A DNA stretch of 64,000 bases from an uncultured SAR86 cluster bacterium (GCA_902579825.1 CACHII010000001.1:76832-140831), one strand, 5' to 3'. Shown: positions 10,505 to 20,100, counted from the first letter of the stretch. Program-made: numbers and translations. The notes: a model not told the origin generated them from the sequence alone.

Positions 10505-11556
10505 TAATTTATTTTATCAATAATAATTTCATCATTTTTAACTGGCATAACAATTCTTGTTCCATCATCAGAAAGGGTATGGTCTCTAAATATATTCTCA
10601 ATAGGTCTTAAAAATACTCTTTCCATTAATGCATTTCGAGGTGTTGGTATAGAATGGTAAATGAGTAAATGTTTTACATTCGCATCTCTAGCAATTTCAC
10701 CTGCTTCCTCTATGGTTGTATGATAGTCCTGTATGTCAAATAGTATTTTGTCCAATTGAGGTATGGGAGCAACTCCTCTCATTCTTTCAACAATATCTAT
10801 TGATATAGCAGAATGTATTAATAGATCTACATCCTTTGAATATTTTTGGACACTTCCATCATGAATGGTGTCTCCACTTATAACTAGTGTTCTTCCCTTG
10901 TAGGATATTTTAAAACCAAAAGCTGAATTTACTGGATAATGATCAACTACAAACGGTAATATTTCAAGTCCAAGAGTATCATTTGGAATTAATTGATTAT
11001 CTATAATTTGTATTGTGTTAAATCCTGCAACACCCATTGGCAACATGTCATCTCCATGATGTTCATTTCTGTACTGGTAATCTGCTGAGTATGCTAGCTC
11101 AAATCCTTTTGTTACAAGATTTATTCCCTCTGGTCCATAAACCATTAATGGTGAGTCTCTTCCTTGAACCCAAGATTGAAGATGAGCATCTGGTAAGTCA
11201 GCGATATGATCTGAATGCATATGTGTTATCAGGACTGCTTTAACATTTGGCCATGGCACTTGGTATTGAGTAAGGTTATCCATGCTTCCATTACCTAGAT
11301 CAAAGATATATATATCATCACCAGCTTCAACAAGGATACATGCTTCAGCTCTTCCAGGAGATGGAAGAGGGGACCTTGATCCACAAACAACAACTTTTAA
11401 TGTGTCTTCATTATCTAAAAAAGGCTCTGCGCTAGATAATATATTTTGTAAACCAATATTTAAGATTCTGTCTTGAACTGAATGAGAATTTATTGAGACC
11501 ACGCCAATAATAAATATTGAAACCAAAAAACTTATTAATATTAATATTTTGTTCAT
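10504..11556 (-). CDS. Exported MBL-fold metallo-hydrolase (RNase Z/ElaC-like subgroup)
   Basis: 350 aa with an N-terminal signal or anchor (MNKILILISFLVSIFIIGVV). It carries the HxHxDH motif ITHMHSDHIADL and later His/Asp ligands (VVDHYP, ISGDT, YHS). Confidence 0.75.
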   Translation of the reverse strand: MNKILILISFLVSIFIIGVVSINSHSVQDRILNIGLQNILSSAEPFLDNEDTLKVVVCGSRSPLPSPGRAEACILVEAGDDIYIFDLGNGSMDNLTQYQVPWPNVKAVLITHMHSDHIADLPDAHLQSWVQGRDSPLMVYGPEGINLVTKGFELAYSADYQYRNEHHGDDMLPMGVAGFNTIQIIDNQLIPNDTLGLEILPFVVDHYPVNSAFGFKISYKGRTLVISGDTIHDGSVQKYSKDVDLLIHSAISIDIVERMRGVAPIPQLDKILFDIQDYHTTIEEAGEIARDANVKHLLIYHSIPTPRNALMERVFLRPIENIFRDHTLSDDGTRIVMPVKNDEIIIDKIN

Positions 11557-11569
11557 AGTCTATAAACCT

Positions 11570-12409
11570 TTAATTATTATCAAGTAATTTCATTATTTGG
11601 TATGCAGTTTCGTGGCCAGAATTTTGATTTTGACCAGTAACAAATCTCTTTTCATCATCCACAACAGTTAAGGTTGCAAACATATCTCTAAAAGCACTTT
11701 TACTTTCAAATATTACGCCTGCTTTCCGTAACTCTTCTTCAGGATGTTGCGGTGTAAAACTAATACCAAGTTCTTTAATTTGTTTATTAGTTACTCCGGT
11801 CATTTTCCGTCCAGTAATAAGTAAATTACCATCATTATCTTTTGCATTGATAAACCCAAGCACCCCATGACATATACCACCTAAAATTGCATTCGATGAA
11901 TAATAGGCCTCTGATATTTTTATACCAAGTAGTTGTGAATAACCAAGATCATATGCTGCTCCCCAACCACCAGAAATAAAAATAATGTCATATTCACTAA
12001 AATCTATATCTTTGATTGATTTAGAGTTTTGCACTTTATTCATTGCAATTTCATCTTTCTTAAAATTTTTATCTTCTTGAGTTTCAATAAAATATGGAAG
12101 AGGTTCTAGTGGAATATTTCCACCTTTGATACTAGCAATCTCAACTTGAATATTTGATTTCTTAAAATCATAGTAGGGTATTGATAGTTCTGATAAGAAA
12201 AGGCCAGTAGGCTTACCTGTTGTTTCTCCAGGTTTATTCAATACACCATGATTTGTTGCAATAATTAGTGCTTTTTTTCCATCAAGATTAAAAGTATCAC
12301 CATTAAATTTAGGATGAAGTCCTGCAAGATTTAATAACGAAGGTAATGAAATAGCTATAATACCAACAAGGATAATAAGAAAGATTGATATTTTATAAAG
12401 TGTTTTCAT
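11570..12409 (-). CDS. Membrane-anchored DJ-1/PfpI (class I glutamine amidotransferase-like) protein
   Basis: 279 aa with an N-terminal TM helix (ISIFLIILVGIIAISL). It has IFISGGWGAAYDL and a nucleophile-elbow GGICHG. Confidence 0.7.
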   Translation of the reverse strand: MKTLYKISIFLIILVGIIAISLPSLLNLAGLHPKFNGDTFNLDGKKALIIATNHGVLNKPGETTGKPTGLFLSELSIPYYDFKKSNIQVEIASIKGGNIPLEPLPYFIETQEDKNFKKDEIAMNKVQNSKSIKDIDFSEYDIIFISGGWGAAYDLGYSQLLGIKISEAYYSSNAILGGICHGVLGFINAKDNDGNLLITGRKMTGVTNKQIKELGISFTPQHPEEELRKAGVIFESKSAFRDMFATLTVVDDEKRFVTGQNQNSGHETAYQIMKLLDNN

Positions 12410-12415
12410 GACTAA

Positions 12416-12817
12416 TTATACAGTCTCGATATTTAACTGTCCTTTAAGACCTGCATCTCTATGAATATGTATTTTTTGATATTCTGGATCCATTGTCATA
12501 TCTAACATTGCCTTTCTGCTTGGATATTTTGCAATCGCGATTGAATCCCAAAGATCTTCAACTTCTCCTAACATTAATCTACTTACTTTGCCCACAAATA
12601 GAAATTTACCGCCATATTTTTTAACTAAGTTTACTACTTCAGCTGCATAAAGACCGTATGCTTCCTCACCAGTAAGATTTGAGTCTCGACCATCTTCATA
12701 AACCGCCAACTCTTTATATTTAAGCAAATTTACCATTGATATTGGTCCTATTTCAGGATTCTCTAAAAAACCATTAATTTGATTTTCGTTTGGATGAACT
12801 TTATTTTCAACTTTCAT
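12416..12817 (-). CDS. DUF1330 domain protein
   Basis: 133 aa. The pattern ...MVNLLKYKE...YGGKFLFVGKV...WDSIAIAKYPSRKAMLDM... matches my memory of DUF1330 (dimeric alpha/beta barrel). Confidence 0.6.
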   Translation of the reverse strand: MKVENKVHPNENQINGFLENPEIGPISMVNLLKYKELAVYEDGRDSNLTGEEAYGLYAAEVVNLVKKYGGKFLFVGKVSRLMLGEVEDLWDSIAIAKYPSRKAMLDMTMDPEYQKIHIHRDAGLKGQLNIETV

Positions 12818-12911
12818 AAAACAAGCACCTATGTATTTTAAATTTTTTTATACTAATTTTTTAATATTGTTAATTTTACTCATTCCTTGAAATGATACAA
12901 TTAATAAATAG

Positions 12912-13835
12912 ATGAATAGAGTTATAGAAGATACGGGGTCCAAATATCCAATTATTCAAGCGCCGATGGGATGGATTGCACGTAGCCAGCTCGCATCTGC
13001 AGTTTGTGAAGCCGGTGGTATGGGGATCATTGAGACATCCTCTGGTGAAGTAGATAATTGTAAAAAAGAAATTCAACTAATGTCAGAATTAACCGACAAA
13101 CCATTTGGAGTAAATTTGCCATTACTCTTTTTACAGGACGATTCAATGGTTAAATTTTGTGTTGATGCTGGTGTTAAATTTGTTACTACTTCAGCAGGAG
13201 ATCCGACAAAGTATGTTGGCATTTTAAAAGATGCGGGTATCACCGTATATCATGCCGTTCCGAGTCTTGCTGGAGCTATTAAAGCAGCAGATGCTGGTGT
13301 TGACGGTTTGGTTGTAGAGGGCACAGAAGGAGGGGGTTTTAAAAGCCCTGAAGAGGTTGGATTATTGGTGTTAATCCAATCTATAAAACAAAACTTAGAT
13401 ATTCCAATTATTGCAGCTGGTGGACTTGTAGATGGTTTCGGAATGGCCGCAGTTTTTGCTGTAGGTGCAGAAGGAATTCAAATGGGAACTAGATTTGTTT
13501 CAAGTAAAGAAAGTCCTGTTCACATTAATTTTAAAAATAAAATTATTGATTCAGGTATTGATGGGACAATGGTTCTTAATAAAAAATCAAAACCAGTAAT
13601 TAGAGCATTAAAAACCGACTTTACCAATGATATTAATGAGAAAGGGGTTATGGATATATCAGCAATGATGAAAATTAAAAATCTTTATTTTGGTGGTGAC
13701 ATGGAAGCAGCTCCTGCACTTTCTGGACAATCGTCTGGACTTATTGATGAAATCAAGTCTGTAAAACACATAATCGATGAGATTATTGATGAATTTAATT
13801 CTACTTGTAATAAGTTAGGCAATATACAATTTTAA
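12912..13835 (+). CDS. Nitronate monooxygenase (NMO / 2-nitropropane dioxygenase / FabK-like) family FMN enzyme
   Basis: 307 aa. Motifs are YPIIQAPMGWIARSQLASAVCEAGGMGII and IIAAGGLVDG...GAEGIQMGTRF. Confidence 0.8.
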   Translation: MNRVIEDTGSKYPIIQAPMGWIARSQLASAVCEAGGMGIIETSSGEVDNCKKEIQLMSELTDKPFGVNLPLLFLQDDSMVKFCVDAGVKFVTTSAGDPTKYVGILKDAGITVYHAVPSLAGAIKAADAGVDGLVVEGTEGGGFKSPEEVGLLVLIQSIKQNLDIPIIAAGGLVDGFGMAAVFAVGAEGIQMGTRFVSSKESPVHINFKNKIIDSGIDGTMVLNKKSKPVIRALKTDFTNDINEKGVMDISAMMKIKNLYFGGDMEAAPALSGQSSGLIDEIKSVKHIIDEIIDEFNSTCNKLGNIQF

Positions 13836-13837
13836 TC

Positions 13838-14728
13838 ATGCCAAATAACAATATAATCGATGAACGAAACAGTAATATCCAAATTTATATTAATGGTAAG
13901 TTTTATTTACGTAATGATGCAAAAATTTCTGTTTTTGATAGCGGGTTTTTACTTGGCGATGGAATATGGGAGGGCATAAGGCTTGTAAAAAATGAATGGC
14001 TATTTATTGATGAACATATAAATAGGCTGTTCGAAGGATGTTTAGCAATAGATATAACTCTAGATTTGTCAAGAGATGAAATTAAAGAAGCAATTTTGCA
14101 AACACAAAAGATTAATAATATCTCAGATTCAGCACATGCAAGAGTTATGATTACTAGAGGCGATAAAATAAAACCATTTCAGCAGCCGTCATTATCAACA
14201 TCTGGCATTAACTTTGTAATAATTATGGAACATTCTTTTGAGAGTCCTAATTTAAATGGCATTAAATTGGTAACTGTTCCACAAGTAAGAGGTCTACCAA
14301 TGTCACAAGATCCTAAACTAAATAGTCATTCAAAATTAAATTGTATTATTGCATGTATTCAAGCTAACAAAGCAGGAGGAGATGAGGCTCTCATGTTAGA
14401 TCCTCATGGATTTGTAAATACTACTAATTCCTGTAATTTCTTCATTGTCAAAAACAATGAAGTATGGACGAGTACAGGTGATTATTGCATGAATGGAATT
14501 ACAAGAAAAAAAGTTATAAATCTTTGCAATGAACATAAGATTCCAGTTTTTGAAAAAAACTTTTCTTTGGCTGATGTTTATTCTGCTCAAGAAGCTTTTA
14601 TAACAGGTACTTTAGGATCTTTAACTCAGGTAATAAGTATTGATGATAGAAGTATAGGATCCTCAGATGAAGGATGGCCAATTACTTCTAAACTAAGACA
14701 GGCTTATAAAAAATTAATTAATGTCTAA
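13838..14728 (+). CDS. Class IV (fold type IV) PLP aminotransferase (BCAT / D-amino-acid AT / ADC-lyase family)
   Basis: 296 aa. Motifs are FDSGFLLGDGIWEGIRL, a candidate PLP Lys in HSKLNCI, and GGDEALMLD. It starts 2 nt after the NMO stop. Confidence 0.75.
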   Translation: MPNNNIIDERNSNIQIYINGKFYLRNDAKISVFDSGFLLGDGIWEGIRLVKNEWLFIDEHINRLFEGCLAIDITLDLSRDEIKEAILQTQKINNISDSAHARVMITRGDKIKPFQQPSLSTSGINFVIIMEHSFESPNLNGIKLVTVPQVRGLPMSQDPKLNSHSKLNCIIACIQANKAGGDEALMLDPHGFVNTTNSCNFFIVKNNEVWTSTGDYCMNGITRKKVINLCNEHKIPVFEKNFSLADVYSAQEAFITGTLGSLTQVISIDDRSIGSSDEGWPITSKLRQAYKKLINV

Positions 14729-15437
14729 CAAAATTATTGCTATGTGGTCTGGACCACGTAATTTATCTACCGCCTTAATGCGAAGTTTTGCTAGTCGTTC
14801 TGATGTAGACAATGTATTAGATGAACCTTTTTATGCTTCATATCTAATCAAAACAAAAAAAAATCATCCAATGAGGAATGAAGTAGTAACAAGTCAGCTT
14901 AATAATATTGATGACGTAAAAAATTTATGTCAACTAAAATTAGATGGTATTACATATCAAAAACATATGACTCAACATATTTTAGATGAAGATTTATCTT
15001 GGATTGAATCATTATGTAATTGTTTTTTAATTAGAGATCCAAAAGAAGTTGTAATAAGTTTTAAAAAATCTTGGGGTGAGGGTGATTTTATTGATATTGG
15101 ATTTAAACAACAATATGATATTTTTAATTATGTTTTAGATCATATTAATGACTCTCCACCAGTTATAGATGCTTCAAATTTAAGAAGAAATCCTAAAAAA
15201 GTTTTACAAAATCTCTGTAAAGTACTAAATATTGATTGGGATGAAGCTATGCTTAGTTGGAAATCTGGCATTCAAAGTTATGACGGAGTGTGGGCACAAC
15301 ACTGGTATAAGTCAGTATTAGAAAGTACTGCATTTAAGCCCTATGAAGATAAGGAATTGAAATTAAATGATGATGAAAAAAATATTGTTGACCAGGCAAT
15401 GCCGATATACGAAAGCTTATATAAATTTGTTATTTAA
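14721..15437 (+). CDS. Sulfotransferase-like P-loop protein (uncertain)
   Basis: 238 aa. The N-terminal MWSGPRNLSTALMRSF resembles the 5'-PSB loop of sulfotransferase-fold proteins. It overlaps the aminotransferase gene by 8 nt. Confidence 0.4.
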   Translation: MSNKIIAMWSGPRNLSTALMRSFASRSDVDNVLDEPFYASYLIKTKKNHPMRNEVVTSQLNNIDDVKNLCQLKLDGITYQKHMTQHILDEDLSWIESLCNCFLIRDPKEVVISFKKSWGEGDFIDIGFKQQYDIFNYVLDHINDSPPVIDASNLRRNPKKVLQNLCKVLNIDWDEAMLSWKSGIQSYDGVWAQHWYKSVLESTAFKPYEDKELKLNDDEKNIVDQAMPIYESLYKFVI

Positions 15438-15856
15438 TTTTGATTATCTGATTCTTCAATCTTTTCTCTTAAAAGAATTTTTTTCAAACTAATTTTATCT
15501 TTTAAGGTCATAATATATGCTGCTATTGCTAGTATCAAAATTCCAGTGGCTTCATAAATAATATTAATAGCATTAAGATCTTTACTTTGTAAAATAATCA
15601 TTCTAGTAAGAGCGGTCATTGCGATAATCAGAGGAAGAGTAACTGGAATACGATTATTGGCATAAAATGTAGCTACCATTCCTAGAACCTCGGCATAAAT
15701 AAAAAGTAAAAATAAATCACTTAGATTAACTGTTTGTACTTCAATTATTCTTGTAATTTCAACAATTGTTGCAAAAATTGTAGCTATAGCAATAAGTAAA
15801 AGAATACTGCGTTCAGCAATCCAAATAAATTTTTGTACTAAATTACCTTCATTCAT
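15434..15856 (-). CDS. psiE: PsiE-like (phosphate-starvation-inducible E family) membrane protein
   Basis: 140 aa with 4 TM. LFIYAEVLGMVATFY...IPVTLPLIIAMTALTRMIIL parallels E. coli PsiE (YFLYFEFIALIVKYF...ITAIVRLII). It starts 2 nt downstream of aceA. Confidence 0.6.
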   Translation of the reverse strand: MNEGNLVQKFIWIAERSILLLIAIATIFATIVEITRIIEVQTVNLSDLFLLFIYAEVLGMVATFYANNRIPVTLPLIIAMTALTRMIILQSKDLNAINIIYEATGILILAIAAYIMTLKDKISLKKILLREKIEESDNQN

Positions 15857-15858
15857 AA

Positions 15859-17439
15859 TTAAAATTGATTCATAGTATTATCTTTTCCTGCAGCTTTAAG
15901 TGCAGCTTCACCCGCAAAATATTCTTTGTGATCATCTCCCATATCTGAACCTGACATATTTTGATGTTTAACGCAGGCTATACCTTCTCTGATTTCCTTT
16001 CTTTGTACATTGGCTACATAACCAAGCATTCCCTCTGAACCAAAGTATTCTTTAGCCAGATTATCAGTAGATAATGCAGCAGTATGATATGTAGGTAGGG
16101 TTATAAGATGATGGAATATTCCAGCTTCTTTTGATGCATCAGCCTGAAATGATCTTATTTTGTTATCTGCTTCAATTGCTAAAAAAGTATCATCATATTT
16201 TTCATTCATCAAATCATCTCTATCATAGCTAGATATGTCTTCTCCAGATTTACTCATTGAATCAAAGACCTGTTGCCTAAAATTTAACGTCCAGTTAAAA
16301 GAGGGACTATTGTTATAAACTAATTTTGCGTTTGGAATAGTTCTTCTTATTTTTTTCATCATCTCTGCAATCTGACCAATGTGTGGTTTTTCAGTTTCAA
16401 TCCAAATTAGGTCAGCACCATTTTGTAAACTTGTAATTGAATCAAGAACACATCTTTCTTCGCCTGTACCCTTTCTGAATTGATACAAGTTAGAGGGTAA
16501 TCTTTTTGGCCTTACAATCTTTCCATTTTGACTAATCATAACATCCCCATGATTCATATTTTCTGTAGTAACTTCCTCAACGTCTAAGAATGAATTGTAT
16601 TGATCACCAAGATCACCTTCTTCATTTGTAATAGCAATTTGTTTGGTCAATCCAGCTCCAAGTGAGTCTGTCCTTGCAACAATTATGCCATCATCAACAC
16701 CAAGTTCTAAAAAGGCGTACCTAACGGCATTTATTTTTGCTAAAAAATCAGCATGGGGAACAGTAACTTTTCCATCTTGATGTCCACATTGTTTTTCATC
16801 TGAAACCTGATTTTCTATTTGTATGGCACAAGCACCTGCTTCAATCATTTGTTTAGCCATTAAATATGTAGCTTCTTCATTACCAAATCCAGCATCAATA
16901 TCAGCAATTATAGGAACAATATGAGTCTCAAAATTATCTATTTTTTCTTGTATTTTAGGTTTATCTTTTTCATTAGTAACATCAAGTTGTCTAAACAAAC
17001 CACCCAGTTCTCTTGCATCAGCTTGTTTTAGAAATGTATATAACTCATTAATAAGACTAGCAACTGCAGTTTTTTCATGCATAGATTGATCGGGTAGTGG
17101 TCCAAAATCAGATCTAAGCGCTGCTATCATCCATCCAGAAAGATAAAGATATTTTTTACTATTAGTTCCAAAATGTTTTTTAATAGAAATAAGTTTTTGT
17201 TGACCAATAAAACCATGCCAACAACCTAATGATTGAGTATATGCTGATGGGTCTTTATCATAATCATTCATATCTTTACGCATAATAGCTGCTGTATATT
17301 TGGCTATATCTATCCCAGTTTTAAATTGATTTTGTAAACGCATTCGAGCAACATATTCAGAATTTATGGAATCCCAATTAGATGTATCTATTTTTGAAAT
17401 GGAAGATATATCTTCCATGTATTTTTTATGTTTAGACAT
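15859..17439 (-). CDS. aceA: Isocitrate lyase (long, Pseudomonas-type form)
   Basis: 526 aa with the active-site motif EKQCGHQDGK. The length is like the roughly 530-aa pseudomonad ICL. A strong SD-like AGGGG sits 7 nt upstream of the ATG. Confidence 0.9.
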   Translation of the reverse strand: MSKHKKYMEDISSISKIDTSNWDSINSEYVARMRLQNQFKTGIDIAKYTAAIMRKDMNDYDKDPSAYTQSLGCWHGFIGQQKLISIKKHFGTNSKKYLYLSGWMIAALRSDFGPLPDQSMHEKTAVASLINELYTFLKQADARELGGLFRQLDVTNEKDKPKIQEKIDNFETHIVPIIADIDAGFGNEEATYLMAKQMIEAGACAIQIENQVSDEKQCGHQDGKVTVPHADFLAKINAVRYAFLELGVDDGIIVARTDSLGAGLTKQIAITNEEGDLGDQYNSFLDVEEVTTENMNHGDVMISQNGKIVRPKRLPSNLYQFRKGTGEERCVLDSITSLQNGADLIWIETEKPHIGQIAEMMKKIRRTIPNAKLVYNNSPSFNWTLNFRQQVFDSMSKSGEDISSYDRDDLMNEKYDDTFLAIEADNKIRSFQADASKEAGIFHHLITLPTYHTAALSTDNLAKEYFGSEGMLGYVANVQRKEIREGIACVKHQNMSGSDMGDDHKEYFAGEAALKAAGKDNTMNQF

Positions 17440-17451
17440 TATTTACCCCTG

Positions 17452-17544
17452 TTATGTAGTGAAGTAAATAATAATAATAATAATTTGTCAATTATAATTA
17501 AAATCACAATAGATATAGGTATTTTTTATGTAGTTTAACTACAT
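17452..17544 (-). promoter_or_regulatory. Putative aceA promoter/operator region
   Basis: TTGACA lies at 17491..17486 on the minus strand. After a 17-nt spacer made almost wholly of (ATT)6 comes TTTACT, which matches TATAAT at 4 of 6 positions. The ATGTAGT motif occurs three times: at 17454-17460, at 17528-17534, and inverted at 17538-17544. The last two form the palindrome ATGTAGT-TTA-ACTACAT. Confidence 0.3.
17467..17484. repeat. (AAT)6 trinucleotide microsatellite
   Basis: Read directly as aataataataataataat. On the minus strand it lies between a TTGACA hexamer (17491..17486) and a TTTACT -10-like hexamer upstream of aceA. Confidence 0.9.
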
Positions 17545-17557
17545 TTTTACAAAAATA

Positions 17558-18904
17558 TTATAATTTTTTAGAAAGACCAATATATTTTGCAGGTGTAAGA
17601 TTTAATAGTTTTGACTTAGAGTAATTTGAAATTTCTAGATTTTTAACAAATTGTATATATGAATTTTTATCTAATTTATTTCCTCTAGATAATTTTTTTA
17701 GTTGTTCGTATGCATTATTTATACCCTCATATCTCATAATTGTTTGAACAGCTTCTGTAAGAACTTCCCAATTTTCATCTAATTCATTCATTATAAAATT
17801 TTTATTTGGCTCTACTTTGTTCATCCCTTTAATTAGAGATGAAATTGCCAAATAAGAATAACCAAAGGATAAGCCTAAATTTCTTAATACAGTACTATCA
17901 GATAGATCTCTTTGAAGACGAGACTTAGAAAGTTTATCTACAAAAAAATTATTCATTGAACTTGAGATACCAAAATTTCCTTCAGCGTTTTCGAAATCTA
18001 TGGGATTAATTTTATGAGGCATTGTTGAAGAACCAACCTCGTTTTTATTTAGCTTAAGCTTAAAAATCTCATTAGATATATAAATCCACATATCTCGACA
18101 TAGATCTGTACTAATATTATTGATTCTAATAATCGAGTGTAACATTTCTGCAATCCAGTCATGAGGCTCAATTTGAGTAGTTAATGGATTTTGGTTAACT
18201 CCAAATGATTTAATGAATTTTGAATTAATCTTTGGCCAATCATTTTTATTATTGGTAATTTCAAAAGTGTGATAATTACCTGTAGCACCACTAAACTTTG
18301 CAAGTGGCTTTATATTCTTAAAGGTTTGAATTTCTCTAGTAATTCTTGATTCAAAAACTTTTAACTCTTTTCCAATTGTAGTTGGTGAAGCAGGTTGTCC
18401 ATGCGTTCTTGATAGCAAAGGAATAGACTTCCACTTTCTTGAAAATGTTTTAAGTATTTTGTTTAAATTTTGGATATGTTTTAAATAATCTTCTGCACCT
18501 TTCTTGGTCATAATTGCATATGACAGAGAATTAATATCTTCGCTTGTTAAACCATAATGGATAAAGTTGATATATTTTTTTAATTGTTTGTCTTTTTTAA
18601 AAAAATCACAAATGAAGTACTCAACTGCTTTTACATCATGATTAGTTACAGATTCAATTTTTTTTATTTTTAAAACATCTTTATCTGAGAAATCGTTTCT
18701 AAATTTTAAGATTTTATTAATCGATATTTTACTCAACTTAGGAAAATCTTTTGGAAGTTTTGTGCATAAAAATAACAACCAATTAATTTCAATTATAAAT
18801 CTCGTTTTAATTAAGTTTTTTTCAGAGAATGAATGTCTTATCGGTGCAATTTTTTCTGCATATCTGCTATCAAGAGGTGAAATATTGTCATGTTCAAATT
18901 TCAT
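17558..18904 (-). CDS. purB: Adenylosuccinate lyase
   Basis: 448 aa with the fumarate-lyase signature GSSTMPHKINP. It lies downstream of mnmA as in enterobacteria. Confidence 0.92.
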   Translation of the reverse strand: MKFEHDNISPLDSRYAEKIAPIRHSFSEKNLIKTRFIIEINWLLFLCTKLPKDFPKLSKISINKILKFRNDFSDKDVLKIKKIESVTNHDVKAVEYFICDFFKKDKQLKKYINFIHYGLTSEDINSLSYAIMTKKGAEDYLKHIQNLNKILKTFSRKWKSIPLLSRTHGQPASPTTIGKELKVFESRITREIQTFKNIKPLAKFSGATGNYHTFEITNNKNDWPKINSKFIKSFGVNQNPLTTQIEPHDWIAEMLHSIIRINNISTDLCRDMWIYISNEIFKLKLNKNEVGSSTMPHKINPIDFENAEGNFGISSSMNNFFVDKLSKSRLQRDLSDSTVLRNLGLSFGYSYLAISSLIKGMNKVEPNKNFIMNELDENWEVLTEAVQTIMRYEGINNAYEQLKKLSRGNKLDKNSYIQFVKNLEISNYSKSKLLNLTPAKYIGLSKKL

Positions 18905-18925
18905 TAAATATTATTTTATCATTGA

Positions 18926-20011
18926 TTAGTTTGTATTTGATATAACACCTCCGCCTAAACATATGGATTTATGATACAAAACAGCTGATTGTCCTGGCGC
19001 AACGCCGCGAATTGATTCTTTAAATTTTATTAAATAACCTGATTTAGTTTTTTCAACCATACATTTAACTGCGGTGTGTTGATGTCTTATTTGAACGGAG
19101 CATTCTTTTGGAAATGAATGTCCCTCATCATTAATCCATGAAATTTTATTGCATTCGAGCTCATCACTAAATAAAAGCTCATTATCAATTCCTTGGCAAA
19201 CAAAAATATGGTTATCTGTTATATTTTTATCAAAAACATACCAAGGCAAATCTTCTTTATCTTTTATACCACCTATATTTAACCCCTGTCTCTGACCTTT
19301 TGTATACAGAGTAGCTCCATTGTGTGTACCTATCTTATTCCCATATTCATCATATATTGGACCTTTTTCAAGATTAATAAATCTACCTAAAAAGTCTTTT
19401 AAATTTTTTTCACCAACAAAACATATACCCACAGAATCTTTTTTCTTAGAAACTGATAAATTAATATCCTCTGCAATTTTTCTTACCTCATATTTATAAA
19501 GTTTAGAGAGGGGGAAGATACATTTTTTAAATTCATCCTCTTTAACTTCATGTAAAAAATAGGTTTGATCTTTTTCTTTATCTTTTGCTCTGCATAAATA
19601 AGTTTTTTCATTAATATGCTTTAATGAAGCATAATGGCCAGTTGCTATAAAATCAGCACCAATTGATAATGCATAGTTCAAAAACGATTTAAATTTAATT
19701 TCTCTATTACAAAGAATATCTGGATTAGGTGTCCTACCGGCTCTATGTTCTTTTAAAAAATCTTCAAATACTCTATCCCAGTATTCATTAGAGAAATTTG
19801 CTTTATGAAGAGGGATATCTAATTTATCACATACATCGGAAGCATCAGAGAAATCTATCTCTGAAGAACATTTTTCACCGGGCTCACTTTGCCAGTTTTG
19901 CATAAATAAGCCAACAACTTTATAACCCTGTTCTTTTAAAAGATAGGCACATACTGACGAATCAACGCCTCCAGACATCCCAACAACTACTGTTTTATTT
20001 TCATTACTCAT
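18926..20011 (-). CDS. mnmA: tRNA 2-thiouridine(34) synthase
   Basis: 361 aa with the PP-loop VVVGMSGGVDSSV. The length and C-terminal domain are typical. Confidence 0.92.
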   Translation of the reverse strand: MSNENKTVVVGMSGGVDSSVCAYLLKEQGYKVVGLFMQNWQSEPGEKCSSEIDFSDASDVCDKLDIPLHKANFSNEYWDRVFEDFLKEHRAGRTPNPDILCNREIKFKSFLNYALSIGADFIATGHYASLKHINEKTYLCRAKDKEKDQTYFLHEVKEDEFKKCIFPLSKLYKYEVRKIAEDINLSVSKKKDSVGICFVGEKNLKDFLGRFINLEKGPIYDEYGNKIGTHNGATLYTKGQRQGLNIGGIKDKEDLPWYVFDKNITDNHIFVCQGIDNELLFSDELECNKISWINDEGHSFPKECSVQIRHQHTAVKCMVEKTKSGYLIKFKESIRGVAPGQSAVLYHKSICLGGGVISNTN

Positions 20012-20100
20012 CTACTTAAAACACATTCATAAATTAATATTTTAGGAGTATAATTATCACCGATTTTAACTGCAAATCTTAAACGAGGGTTAATTATCCA

